64,000 nt of DNA from the NCBI GenBank assembly GCA_038227375.1, contig JBBRPY010000008.1, positions 4,178-68,177 of the forward strand. Direction: 5' to 3'. The stretch is from Dehalococcoidia bacterium. GTDB taxonomy: Bacteria > Chloroflexota > Dehalococcoidia > DSTF01 > JACRBR01. How positions within the stretch are numbered: position 1 is the stretch's first letter; every line of letters starts with the position of its first letter. Shown here one piece after another: positions 17,970-26,264 of the stretch. The position numbers and the translations under genes are program-made. The notes beneath the pieces were generated by a model, which ran no database searches, had not been told where the DNA came from, and saw nothing but the letters and a program-made list of their open reading frames with translations.

Positions 17970-20900
17970 TCATCGAGCCGTGACCGCGGTCTTCGCTCCC
18001 GCTGCGACTAGCAGAACGCGCTCCAGCACCGCCCGCCATTCGCCTCGCGCCGCCTCCAGGTCGATCCGCAGCTGGGCGTGGCCGACGGTGACGCCGCCCC
18101 CGCGCTCGAGAACCACGCGTTCCGACGCCGGCATCTCTGTCTGGAAGTCGATGCCATCGACCGCCCGCAGCAACAGCATCGGCTGGCCGCCAGGCGCCTC
18201 TTCGCGCGCGATTGAAGCGACGTGCGCGCGCTTCGCCAGCGCCCGCAGTTTCACGATGTACAGCAGGTTTCGTACCGGCGTCGGCGGTGCGCCGAAGCGG
18301 TCGCCCAGCTCGCGCTCGAGATCAGCAGCTACATCCGGGGCGTCGGCGTCTTGCGGCGCCGCGCCGTCGCCCGGCGATCTGCCGCGGAGCGCCGCGCCGT
18401 CGCCGGCCGCGGCCATGCGCTGGTAGAGCGAGAGCCGCAGGTTCAGGTCGCCGATGTAGCTCTCCGGGATGAACGCGGCGAGTGGCACGTCGATGACGAC
18501 CGGTGGCTGGATGAATGACGGCGGCGGTGGCTCCCCTTTTGCCAGCGCCTTCAGCCCCTCGACGGCGTCGGCGAGCAGTTTCACATACAGGTCGAACCCG
18601 ACGGTGACGATCTGCCCGCTCTGCTCCGCGCCCAGCAGGTTGCCGGCGCCGCGAATCTCCAGATCCCGGAGCGCGATCTGGAATCCGGCCCCCAGTTCGG
18701 TCGCCTCGAAGATGGTCTGTAGCCGCTTCTGCGCGACTTCGCTCAGCGCGTGGTGCTTCTCGTACAGCAGATACGCCGACGCGCGCGCAGCGCCGCGGCC
18801 GACGCGGCCGCGTAGCTGGTAGAGCTGGGCGAGCCCGAACTTGTCGGCGTTATTGATAATGATCGTGTTCACGTTAGGGATGTCCAGCCCTGATTCGATG
18901 ATCGTCGTGCAGACGAGCACGTCAGCCTTCGCCTCCGTGAAGTCGAGCATCACCTTCTCGAGCTGATCCTCCGGCATCTGTCCGTGTCCGATGAGGACGT
19001 CGGCGTCCGGCACAATATCGCGCAGCTTGCGCGCGACCAGCCCGATGTTGTGGACACGGTTGTGCACGAAGTACGCCTGCCCGCCGCGCTCCAGCTCGCG
19101 CGTGATCGCTTCGCGTACGAGATGGTCATCGAATTCGCTGACGTACGTCTTGATCGGCAGGCGCTCCTCCGGCGGCGTCTCGATCGTCGACATGTCTCGG
19201 ATGCCGGTGAGCGCCATGTTGAGCGTCCGCGGAATCGGCGTCGCCGTCAGCGTCAGCACGTCGACCTGCGCGCGCATGCGCTTGAGCCGCTCCTTGTGGG
19301 CGACGCCGAACCGCTGCTCTTCATCGATGATGATCAGGCCGAGGTTCTTGAAGGCGACATCCTTCTGCAGGAGGCGGTGGGTGCCGATCACGATGTCGAC
19401 GTTGCCGGTGATCGCATCGGCAGCGACGCGGCGCTGTTCGCGGTCGCTGCGAAAGCGCGAGAGCATCTCCACTTTCACCGGGAAGCCGCCAAGGCGTTGC
19501 TTGAAGGTGTTGAAGTGCTGTTGGGCGAGCACGGTAGTCGGCACGAGGATCGCCACCTGCATGCCCTCCATCACGGCCTTGAACGCCGCGCGCACCGCCA
19601 CCTCGGTCTTCCCATAGCCGACGTCACCGCACACCAGGCGGTCCATCGGCCGCGCCTCTTCCATGTCGTGTTTGACGTCGCTGATCGCGCGCGCCTGGTC
19701 GGGCGTCTCGACATACGGGAACGAGGCCTCAAGCTCGGCCTGCCAGGCGCTGTCCGGCGGAAATGCATGCCCCTCCGCCACCTCGCGCGAGGCGTAGAGC
19801 TGCAGCAGCTCCTGCGCCAGCTCTTGCACGGCACGGCGCACCCGCGCCTTCGCCCGCGGCCATTCCTGCGATCCGAGCCTGGTCAGCGACGGCCGGTGCT
19901 CGCTCGGGCCGACGTAGCGGCTGACGCGGTCCACTTGCTCGCTGGGCACGAAGAGGCGGTCGCCGTCGGCGTAGTGCAGCTCCAGATACTCGCGCTCCTG
20001 CCCATCGACGCCTTTCCGCGCGAGTCCGGCGAACTTCGCGATGCCGTGCTCGATGTGGACGACGTACTCACCCGGCGCCAGGTCGGCGAGAAAGCTCTCC
20101 CGCGCGGCGCCACGCCGGGGCGGCGCGCGGCGTTGCTTGCTGAAGCCGAACACCTCGGCGTCCGTGAGCAGCGTCAGCCCTGCGCCGTCCTCACCGAGGC
20201 TCCAGCCGTGCGGCAGCGAGCCGTGCAGGATGGTCAGCGCGCCCCGGCCGAGCTCGGGCTCCGTCACCCTGTCGGCAGTGCGCGCGAAGATGTCGTGCTC
20301 TTCGAGAAGCTCCGTCAGCCGCTGCGACTGCGTCGAGACGACCATCACCTGCTGCCCGCGCCGGAGCATCGGCGTCAGCTCTTCCGCGAGCGCGCGCAGG
20401 CGTCCGCCGTACGCCGCGACGGGGCCGAAGGGAAGCCGCACGACGGCGCCGCCGGCCGCATCCTCTGGCGACGGCGATTCCATGTCGCCCGTCGCCCAGC
20501 GCGAGAGGCTCAGGCGCTGTCCGTGCGCGTCGAGCGCGCGCCGAAGCTCCGGCTCCAGGAGATGGGGCTCCGGCATGCCGTGCGGCAGCTCGCCGCGCGA
20601 TTCCAGCTCGCGCCGGGCGTCGCGCGCCTGCTCGTCGTGCTCGCGCTGCACCGCCGTCACATCAGCCGGCTCGTCGACGATGATCAGCGCGTCCTCAGGC
20701 AAATGTTCAAGGAGCAGTCCGGAGGCCAGAAACGGCGTGTAGAGCTCCCAGATGAGATCGCCTGCTTCGTCGCGCACGGACTCGCCGTCCGCAAGCGCGC
20801 CGGCGTCGCGCTCGAAGCGCTCTCGCTGCTCCCCGCGCAGGCCGCCCATCTGCATCTGCTCCGCGAGATGGCGCATGCGGGCGGCGTCGGCGATCAGCTC

Positions 20901-21623
20901 GCGCGCCGGGCCGATGCGCACGCGATCGAGCAGCTCGCGCGATCGTTGTGTCGCCGGATCGAACGAACGGATGCTCTCGATGTCGTCGCCGAACCACTCG
21001 ATGCGCAGCGGCGCGTCTTCGGCAGGCGGCCAGACGTCGACGATGCCGCCTCTACGGCTCGCTTCGCCCGGCACGGAGACCTGCGGCCCGATGCGAAAGG
21101 CGCCGTTGTCGAGCGCGCGCAGCAGCTCCTGCTGCGGCATCTTCCCGCCGACGGCGAGCGCGATGCTCGCGCGCGCGAGTTCGTCGGGCGACAGCGTGCG
21201 CTGTGTGATCGCGGCCGCGCAGGCGACGATGATCGGCGGCGGACTCCCGTCGGGCGCCACCGCATGCTGGGCGAGCGCATCGAGCGCCTGGAGCCGCGCG
21301 GCGACATCGTCGGCGTCCGCGCAGAGTAGCTCATAGGGGAGAGCGTCGCGTTCCGGGAAGAGCAGCACCCGATGGCGATGCTCGTCGCCGAGCCAAGCCG
21401 CCAGCTCGTCGGCGAGCGCGTCGGCGTGCTGGGGCCGGGGGACGATGACGAGAATGGGCGCCGTGGCCTCGACCGCCAGCGCGGCAAGGACGGCCGCTTT
21501 CGCGCCGTCGCTGACGCCGAGCATCAGTGGCGGCGCGCCCGCGGCTCGGTCGGACATGCGGCGGCGGAGGCGATCGACGCCGACCGTCTCGTCCACGACA
21601 GGCAGCAGGGCCGAAAGATCCAT
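17970..21623 (-). CDS. mfd: transcription-repair coupling factor Mfd
   Basis: 1217 aa protein with CarD-like/RNAP-interaction, UvrB-homology, DEAD/DEAH superfamily-2 helicase motifs (GDVGYGKTEVA, DEEQRFG) and TRCF C-terminal domain. Confidence 0.95.
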   Translation of the reverse strand: MDLSALLPVVDETVGVDRLRRRMSDRAAGAPPLMLGVSDGAKAAVLAALAVEATAPILVIVPRPQHADALADELAAWLGDEHRHRVLLFPERDALPYELLCADADDVAARLQALDALAQHAVAPDGSPPPIIVACAAAITQRTLSPDELARASIALAVGGKMPQQELLRALDNGAFRIGPQVSVPGEASRRGGIVDVWPPAEDAPLRIEWFGDDIESIRSFDPATQRSRELLDRVRIGPARELIADAARMRHLAEQMQMGGLRGEQRERFERDAGALADGESVRDEAGDLIWELYTPFLASGLLLEHLPEDALIIVDEPADVTAVQREHDEQARDARRELESRGELPHGMPEPHLLEPELRRALDAHGQRLSLSRWATGDMESPSPEDAAGGAVVRLPFGPVAAYGGRLRALAEELTPMLRRGQQVMVVSTQSQRLTELLEEHDIFARTADRVTEPELGRGALTILHGSLPHGWSLGEDGAGLTLLTDAEVFGFSKQRRAPPRRGAARESFLADLAPGEYVVHIEHGIAKFAGLARKGVDGQEREYLELHYADGDRLFVPSEQVDRVSRYVGPSEHRPSLTRLGSQEWPRAKARVRRAVQELAQELLQLYASREVAEGHAFPPDSAWQAELEASFPYVETPDQARAISDVKHDMEEARPMDRLVCGDVGYGKTEVAVRAAFKAVMEGMQVAILVPTTVLAQQHFNTFKQRLGGFPVKVEMLSRFRSDREQRRVAADAITGNVDIVIGTHRLLQKDVAFKNLGLIIIDEEQRFGVAHKERLKRMRAQVDVLTLTATPIPRTLNMALTGIRDMSTIETPPEERLPIKTYVSEFDDHLVREAITRELERGGQAYFVHNRVHNIGLVARKLRDIVPDADVLIGHGQMPEDQLEKVMLDFTEAKADVLVCTTIIESGLDIPNVNTIIINNADKFGLAQLYQLRGRVGRGAARASAYLLYEKHHALSEVAQKRLQTIFEATELGAGFQIALRDLEIRGAGNLLGAEQSGQIVTVGFDLYVKLLADAVEGLKALAKGEPPPPSFIQPPVVIDVPLAAFIPESYIGDLNLRLSLYQRMAAAGDGAALRGRSPGDGAAPQDADAPDVAADLERELGDRFGAPPTPVRNLLYIVKLRALAKRAHVASIAREEAPGGQPMLLLRAVDGIDFQTEMPASERVVLERGGGVTVGHAQLRIDLEAARGEWRAVLERVLLVAAGAKTAVTAR

Positions 21624-21681
21624 CTCCCTCCCGAGATGCGCGGATCGATCGGAAGCACACGGCCGGGGACCATGTGCGGCG

Positions 21682-21975
21682 TCAGTCTATCAAGGCGGCG
21701 GTTGGGGGCTGGAGGTTGGAGGGTAGGACGCTCGAATGGAGGGCGCCGAACTCCTGCGCGATCGTGCGCAGCAGGCTGTACGGGACCGCGACGTAGCTCA
21801 CGCCGTTGAGCGTAAAGCGTAAGACGCTGGCATCGAGCTCGTCTTGAATGAGAAGTCTGTTTCGCGCCGACTCGTAAGCGTCCAGCGCATTGCGGGCATC
21901 AGAGTATCGGCGAGCCGTGAACCAGCCCGACGGCTCCTTCGGGCGCTCCTTGGACATTTGTAGATAGCCGGCCAA
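21682..21975 (-). CDS. small hypothetical protein (possible)
   Basis: An open frame of 97 aa between mfd and the low-GC island. No RBS is visible and there is no recognisable domain, so it may be non-coding. Confidence 0.25.
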   Translation of the reverse strand: MAGYLQMSKERPKEPSGWFTARRYSDARNALDAYESARNRLLIQDELDASVLRFTLNGVSYVAVPYSLLRTIAQEFGALHSSVLPSNLQPPTAALID

Positions 21976-22085
21976 AAGGTCGGCTAGAGCGAATTATACC
22001 ACTGTCATGATCCTCAGCGGCATCTCGAGACAACAGTCCGTCCACGGCATTGCGCTTGTTGGCCCCGGAGGTTCGACCCGAACAA

Positions 22086-23042
22086 CTATTCAGACGTGCA
22101 TTTTTTAGAAAGAGCGTAAGCACCGCCTACTGCGCCAGCTGCAGCAACAGTAGCAGCACCATAAATCCAAGGGTCTTTACTGGCATCCTTTTTAGTTTCG
22201 GTAATAGCCGGAAGCTTGGAAATATCAATTGGCTCTTCAATTCCTCCGACAGAAGTAGGTGCAAAAGATACATTATCAATAAATTCAGTTGCAAGAATCA
22301 TGTCCGAAGAACAGGATTGGTTAGTTGATCCTTGGTTTATGATTTCAATTTTAATTTTTTCCGTGCCTACAGGCCAAGCTTCTTGACCACCTGGGCCAAA
22401 AGTTCTTGTAAAGCTTTGCCATTGATTTTCTCCAACAGTAAAAGCGTAATTACTAAAATCCGATGATCCTGTTTGTGTTGTGCCTGCGGCATCATAAAAT
22501 TCAACAATTCCTAGAGGTGCAATAGTAGTGCCGGAAGCACTAAGTGTGTATTTTGCCGAAAAAGCTTCAGAATATTTCTGATTAGTGTCAACATCAACAA
22601 AGTCTGTTCTCCAACCATTTGCAAAAGGCCCGCTACCTGTTTCACAGAAATATTTGCTATCTATGGAATGAGTTCCGCTCTGTGCAACATCGTTACGGTA
22701 CTGAGCAGTCTGAAAAGAAAGTGGAGGATTAGGTTCAACATATTGCTTACTCCAGTTAGCAGGCGCTGCCGGAATTACTGTTGGCGTTTTCGCTATTTCA
22801 AATCCCCCATTTGCCGGTTGGGGTGTTTGCGCCTCTGCAACTTCTGCATCCGGAATTTTGTCGACTAAAACATCGTACGCGCTGTGTGGGAAATCTATTA
22901 CTAAGTGGCTTGCAGAATCTGCAGATTGGACAATCGGGTCGAATGCACCCGTTTGTTCTATTGCAACAGCACCCGCTGCAGTTAGTGCAACTGCCGCTGT
23001 TATCCTTGCTGCCCTATTTGGCTTTGCTCCTTCTTTGCCCAT
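22086..23042 (-). CDS. horizontally acquired surface protein: Sec signal peptide, CBM4_9/galactose-binding-like beta-sandwich (NGGFE...), C-terminal sorting-signal-like TM helix plus KK tail
   Basis: The DNA is ~40% GC, whereas the flanks are ~68%. Proposed start is ATG 23042, with alternatives at 23090 and 23105. The NGGFE motif and aromatic-rich beta-sandwich region resemble carbohydrate-binding modules. The C-terminus is DPWIYGAATVAAAGAVGGAYALSKKCTSE. Confidence 0.7.
   Translation of the reverse strand: MGKEGAKPNRAARITAAVALTAAGAVAIEQTGAFDPIVQSADSASHLVIDFPHSAYDVLVDKIPDAEVAEAQTPQPANGGFEIAKTPTVIPAAPANWSKQYVEPNPPLSFQTAQYRNDVAQSGTHSIDSKYFCETGSGPFANGWRTDFVDVDTNQKYSEAFSAKYTLSASGTTIAPLGIVEFYDAAGTTQTGSSDFSNYAFTVGENQWQSFTRTFGPGGQEAWPVGTEKIKIEIINQGSTNQSCSSDMILATEFIDNVSFAPTSVGGIEEPIDISKLPAITETKKDASKDPWIYGAATVAAAGAVGGAYALSKKCTSE
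22098..22115. repeat. Left copy of imperfect direct repeat GCATTTTT(TA)GAAAGAGC flanking the low-GC island
   Basis: It matches 23087..23103 (GCATTTTTGGAAAGAGC) at 16 positions with one 2/1-nt indel. The two copies bracket the ~1 kb low-GC segment. Confidence 0.4.
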
Positions 23043-23086
23043 GCGCGAAGGGACTGGCCTGAAGAGGGGCTGTCCTTTCGCGCCGC

Positions 23087-23103
23087 GCATTTTTGGAAAG
23101 AGC
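23087..23103. repeat. Right copy of imperfect direct repeat flanking the low-GC island
   Basis: See left copy 22098..22115. Confidence 0.4.
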
Positions 23104-23522
23104 ATCGTGTACGTGGCCCTTGTGAATCGAGCTCTGCAACATAAGCACCCATGATGGGGCTTGATGCTGACGGACCTCGCGTGCTCACCCCAGATACCCT
23201 GGGTCGCCATCGCGTGACTACCGCAAGGTGGACGATAACACGCTCGGTGGTGAGCTGTCCAGGGAGCGTGTGGCAAGAACCTTCTCGGCCAGTCTCTTGG
23301 CCCCGACGCGGGTTCCGGTGTGTCGGCCGATAGGGCTGCCTATAGGCGGGGCCAACCCGTAGCGGGCGACCGGTGGACGGTCTCGCGATGGCGCTCCTTG
23401 CAGCGAGCTTCACGAGCGCGGTCGTGTTCGTTGCGGCGGCGTCCCGGCTGAGACGCCGGCGGAGTTAGGTCGCTACTTCCGGCGAGCCCACGCACTTGCG
23501 GGTTGGCCGTGCCGCCGCTCTA

Positions 23523-23557
23523 TCCAACATCCAACATCCAACATCTAACATCCAACA
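23523..23557. repeat. Tandem heptanucleotide repeat (ATCCAAC)x5, with one ATCTAAC variant
   Basis: It is read directly from the sequence, 40 nt downstream of the efp stop. It is adjacent to a GC-rich inverted repeat (CCGCCC...GGGCGG, 23563..23588) that may act as the efp terminator. Confidence 0.8.
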
Positions 23558-23597
23558 TCGCCCGCCCCTACGGCACGGCCGCGGGCGGCACCCGCCC

Positions 23598-24155
23598 TCA
23601 GGCGCGCTCGATGTACTCGCCGGTGCTGGTGTTGACTTTGATCTGGTCGTTCTCGTTGACGAAGAGGGGCACGTTGACGACAAGCCCCGTTTCGAGCGTC
23701 GCCGGCTTCGTCGCGCCGGTGGCGGTGTCGCCCTTCACGCCCGGATCGCAGTGGGTGATCGTCAGCGTCACCGAGGCCGGCAGCTCGATGCCGATCGGCT
23801 CGTCGCCGAGAAAGAGCACCTCGCACGTGCCGTTCTCCGCCAGGAACTCCTTCGCTTCACCCACCTGGTCGGCGGTCAGCGGCACCTGGTCGAAGGTCTC
23901 GGTGTTCATGAAGTACATGATCGCGTCTTCGCTGTAGCTGAGCTGCATCGACACCCGTTCGACGCGGACGCGCGGCCACTTTTCGCCGGCCTGGAACGAC
24001 CGCTCGATGAGGTCGCCGCGCCGGACGTCGCGCAGCTTCATCCGCATCTGCGCCGAGCCGCGGCCCATCTTGATGTGATGGAACTCCATCACCTGGTACA
24101 CGCGCCCATCCAGCTCGATGGTCGCGCCGCGCTTCATATCACCCGTCGAGATCAT
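23598..24155 (-). CDS. efp: elongation factor P
   Basis: 185 aa with the conserved EF-P N-terminal KOW-like domain (GRGSAQMRMKLRDV) and OB domains; classic location downstream of pepP. Confidence 0.95.
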   Translation of the reverse strand: MISTGDMKRGATIELDGRVYQVMEFHHIKMGRGSAQMRMKLRDVRRGDLIERSFQAGEKWPRVRVERVSMQLSYSEDAIMYFMNTETFDQVPLTADQVGEAKEFLAENGTCEVLFLGDEPIGIELPASVTLTITHCDPGVKGDTATGATKPATLETGLVVNVPLFVNENDQIKVNTSTGEYIERA

Positions 24156-24229
24156 GGGAGATCGATCCTCCTGATGTGCTTGCTGCCCACCCGCAGGCTA
24201 GCGGACTCGGTTGATGCGCTCCAATGCGG

Positions 24230-25315
24230 CTAGCTGGTGAACTGGAGCTTCGGCGCCTGGCTCATCGCGCGCGCCTTGCCGTTTTGCATGACCACCATGT
24301 CTTCGATGCGCACGCCACCCCAGCCGGTGATGTAGATGCCCGGCTCGATCGTGAAGACCATGTTGTCCTTCAGCTCGTCCGTCGAGGTGCGCGCAACGCG
24401 CGGCGCCTCGTGCACTTCGAGGCCGATGCCGTGGCCGAGGCCGTGGCCGAAGGTCTCGCCGTAGCCGGCGGCGTCGATGACGTTGTGGGCGATCATGTGG
24501 CACTCGTCCCCGGTCATGCCCGGCTTCACCATCTCTTCCGCTGTCAGCTGCGCGGTGAGGACGATGTCGTAGATCTTGCGGAACTGATCGTCGGGCTGGC
24601 CGAGGAAAATGGTGCGCGTGAGGTCGGACATATACCCGTCGATCTCGCACCCCATGTCGATGACCACGCCCTCGCCGGCTTCGAGCTTGCGGTCGCGGGG
24701 GTACGCGTGCGGCATCGCGCCCCACGGCCCGCCGGCGACGATGGTGTCGAACGACAGGGCGTCGCCGCCGTGCTCGCGGATGTACTTCTCGATCTCCCAC
24801 GCCACCTGCTTCTCCGTCCAGCCCGGCTCGACCCGCTCGCTCACGGACGTGCAGGCGGCGTCGCCGAGGTCGACTGCGCGCTGTAGCGCCTCGATCTCCT
24901 CGGGCTCCTTGAAGAGCCGCAGCGACTCGACGAGATTCGGCGTCGGCACGAGCGCCGGCCGGTCCGATTCGGGGAGCGTGGCGATCGACTTCTTGAACTG
25001 CTGGTGTGTCGCGAAGGTGAGGTCATTCGCCTCGAACGCGATCTTCTTTCCCGCGAGGCCGGCGAACAACGGCGGTACCCAGGCGTCGAAGCCACCGATG
25101 GTCTTGTGCAGCCGGAACTCAGGCGCTTGTGTGCCGCTCTGCTCGTAGTAGCGGAAGTCCGTCGCGATGACGGCGTCGTCCGGCGTGATCAGCAAGTAGC
25201 CCGCTGAGCCGGTGAATCCGCTGAGGTACCGGCGGTTCTGTGCGTTGGAGATAAGCGCGCCGTCCAGCTCATGTTTCTCCAGTGCGCGGCGCAGCCGTTC
25301 GACACGGTTGGTCAT
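24230..25315 (-). CDS. pepP: Xaa-Pro aminopeptidase (M24B)
   Basis: ATG at 25315 lies 9 nt after AGGA. M24 metal ligands and motifs are present (HGLGHGIGLEVHE, GMTGDECH, the D..D pair). The arrangement aroQ-pepP-efp is conserved in many bacteria. Confidence 0.9.
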   Translation of the reverse strand: MTNRVERLRRALEKHELDGALISNAQNRRYLSGFTGSAGYLLITPDDAVIATDFRYYEQSGTQAPEFRLHKTIGGFDAWVPPLFAGLAGKKIAFEANDLTFATHQQFKKSIATLPESDRPALVPTPNLVESLRLFKEPEEIEALQRAVDLGDAACTSVSERVEPGWTEKQVAWEIEKYIREHGGDALSFDTIVAGGPWGAMPHAYPRDRKLEAGEGVVIDMGCEIDGYMSDLTRTIFLGQPDDQFRKIYDIVLTAQLTAEEMVKPGMTGDECHMIAHNVIDAAGYGETFGHGLGHGIGLEVHEAPRVARTSTDELKDNMVFTIEPGIYITGWGGVRIEDMVVMQNGKARAMSQAPKLQFTS

Positions 25316-25328
25316 CGGATCATCCTTG

Positions 25329-25685
25329 CTAACAGCAGTCGCGTGTCGCGGCACCGCCGGAGAAGAGCCCCAGAATCAGGTCCCGCGCTTCGGTCCGCCC
25401 GGTGACGCGCAGGAGTACGGCACCGTCGCGCTGCTCGGCGGCGAGGCTGAGGAACGGGCAGCACTGCGACTCAAGCTCGACGTACCGGCGGACCGCCTCC
25501 CAGGCTTCCGGCCGGAAGGTCACTTCCACGCCGTCCGGCAGCTCTCGCAGCGGCGGCACGATGCCGTGGGCGAGTTCTTCGCGGAAGCCGGAGCGCGCCA
25601 TCTCGCTCGCGATCGTGAAGTCGCACGCCAGGTCGGCGCCGGGATCAGAGGCGGGGCGATCGATCAGGGGTCGGGCATCAGTCAT
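25329..25685 (-). CDS. small Cys-containing hypothetical protein (CCPF...C-terminal CC) inserted between aroQ and pepP
   Basis: Its ATG overlaps the aroQ stop (ATGA), indicating translational coupling. It is 118 aa with no recognised family. The long track ORF 25329..26927 is trimmed to this gene. Confidence 0.5.
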   Translation of the reverse strand: MTDARPLIDRPASDPGADLACDFTIASEMARSGFREELAHGIVPPLRELPDGVEVTFRPEAWEAVRRYVELESQCCPFLSLAAEQRDGAVLLRVTGRTEARDLILGLFSGGAATRDCC

Positions 25686-26137
25686 GGGTGTCGCTCCTTT
25701 GCAATCAGCGTCGTCAGGGCCTCTACCGCAAGCAGGTACCCGTGCGTCCCCAGACCGACGATGGCGCCGGTGACGACGGGCGAGAGCAGCGACTCGTGCC
25801 GGAACTCCTCGCGCCTCCATACCTTCGAGATATGCACTTCCACGACGAGCAGGCCGCAGGCTGCGACGGCGTCGCGGAGGGCGATCGCGTAGTGGGTGAG
25901 CGCCCCGGCGTTGATGATCAGCCCATCGGCCTGGGATTGCTCCTGCTGGAGCCAGTCGATGATATCGCCCTCGCTGTTGGCCTGAAACGCGAGCACCTCG
26001 GCCCCTGCCGAGGCGGCGCGCTCGACAACGGCGGCTTCGATCTCGCCGAGCGTCATCGTGCCGTAGATGTCGGGCTCCCGGACGCCCAGCGTGTTCAGGT
26101 TCGGGCCGTTGACGAGCAGGATGCGCATGCGGGCCAT
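25682..26137 (-). CDS. aroQ: type II 3-dehydroquinate dehydratase
   Basis: RILLVNGPNLN..GVREP..YG and HISKVWRREEFRH motifs are diagnostic of AroQ. Length is ~150 aa. Confidence 0.9.
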   Translation of the reverse strand: MARMRILLVNGPNLNTLGVREPDIYGTMTLGEIEAAVVERAASAGAEVLAFQANSEGDIIDWLQQEQSQADGLIINAGALTHYAIALRDAVAACGLLVVEVHISKVWRREEFRHESLLSPVVTGAIVGLGTHGYLLAVEALTTLIAKERHP

Positions 26138-26264
26138 TGTAGCAGCGGTATGGCTGATGGGGGATCGCCACAAAGAAGGGTGCTCCCTTAGGTGCGCTTC
26201 CCAGGTGTTCCTGCCGAACACTACATGAGGGGTGTACGCCCCCTGGCCAGCGTGAGGACGGGTG

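Noticed and set aside
18984-21329. 781 aa plus-strand ORF
   Set aside because: It is antisense to mfd, whose product has unambiguous helicase and TRCF motifs. The translation is Arg-rich and low-complexity.
22040-22090. tRNA-like fragment (GGAGGTTCGACCCGAAC) at the left edge of the low-GC island, considered as an integration target
   Set aside because: I could not fold a T-arm or acceptor stem by eye in either orientation, and there is no CCA-proximal acceptor pairing. It is mentioned only as a possibility within the island finding.
23519-23560. Heptamer array considered as CRISPR
   Set aside because: It has 7-bp units with no spacers and a total length of 35 bp. It is a simple tandem repeat, not a CRISPR array. 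No cas genes are present in the window.
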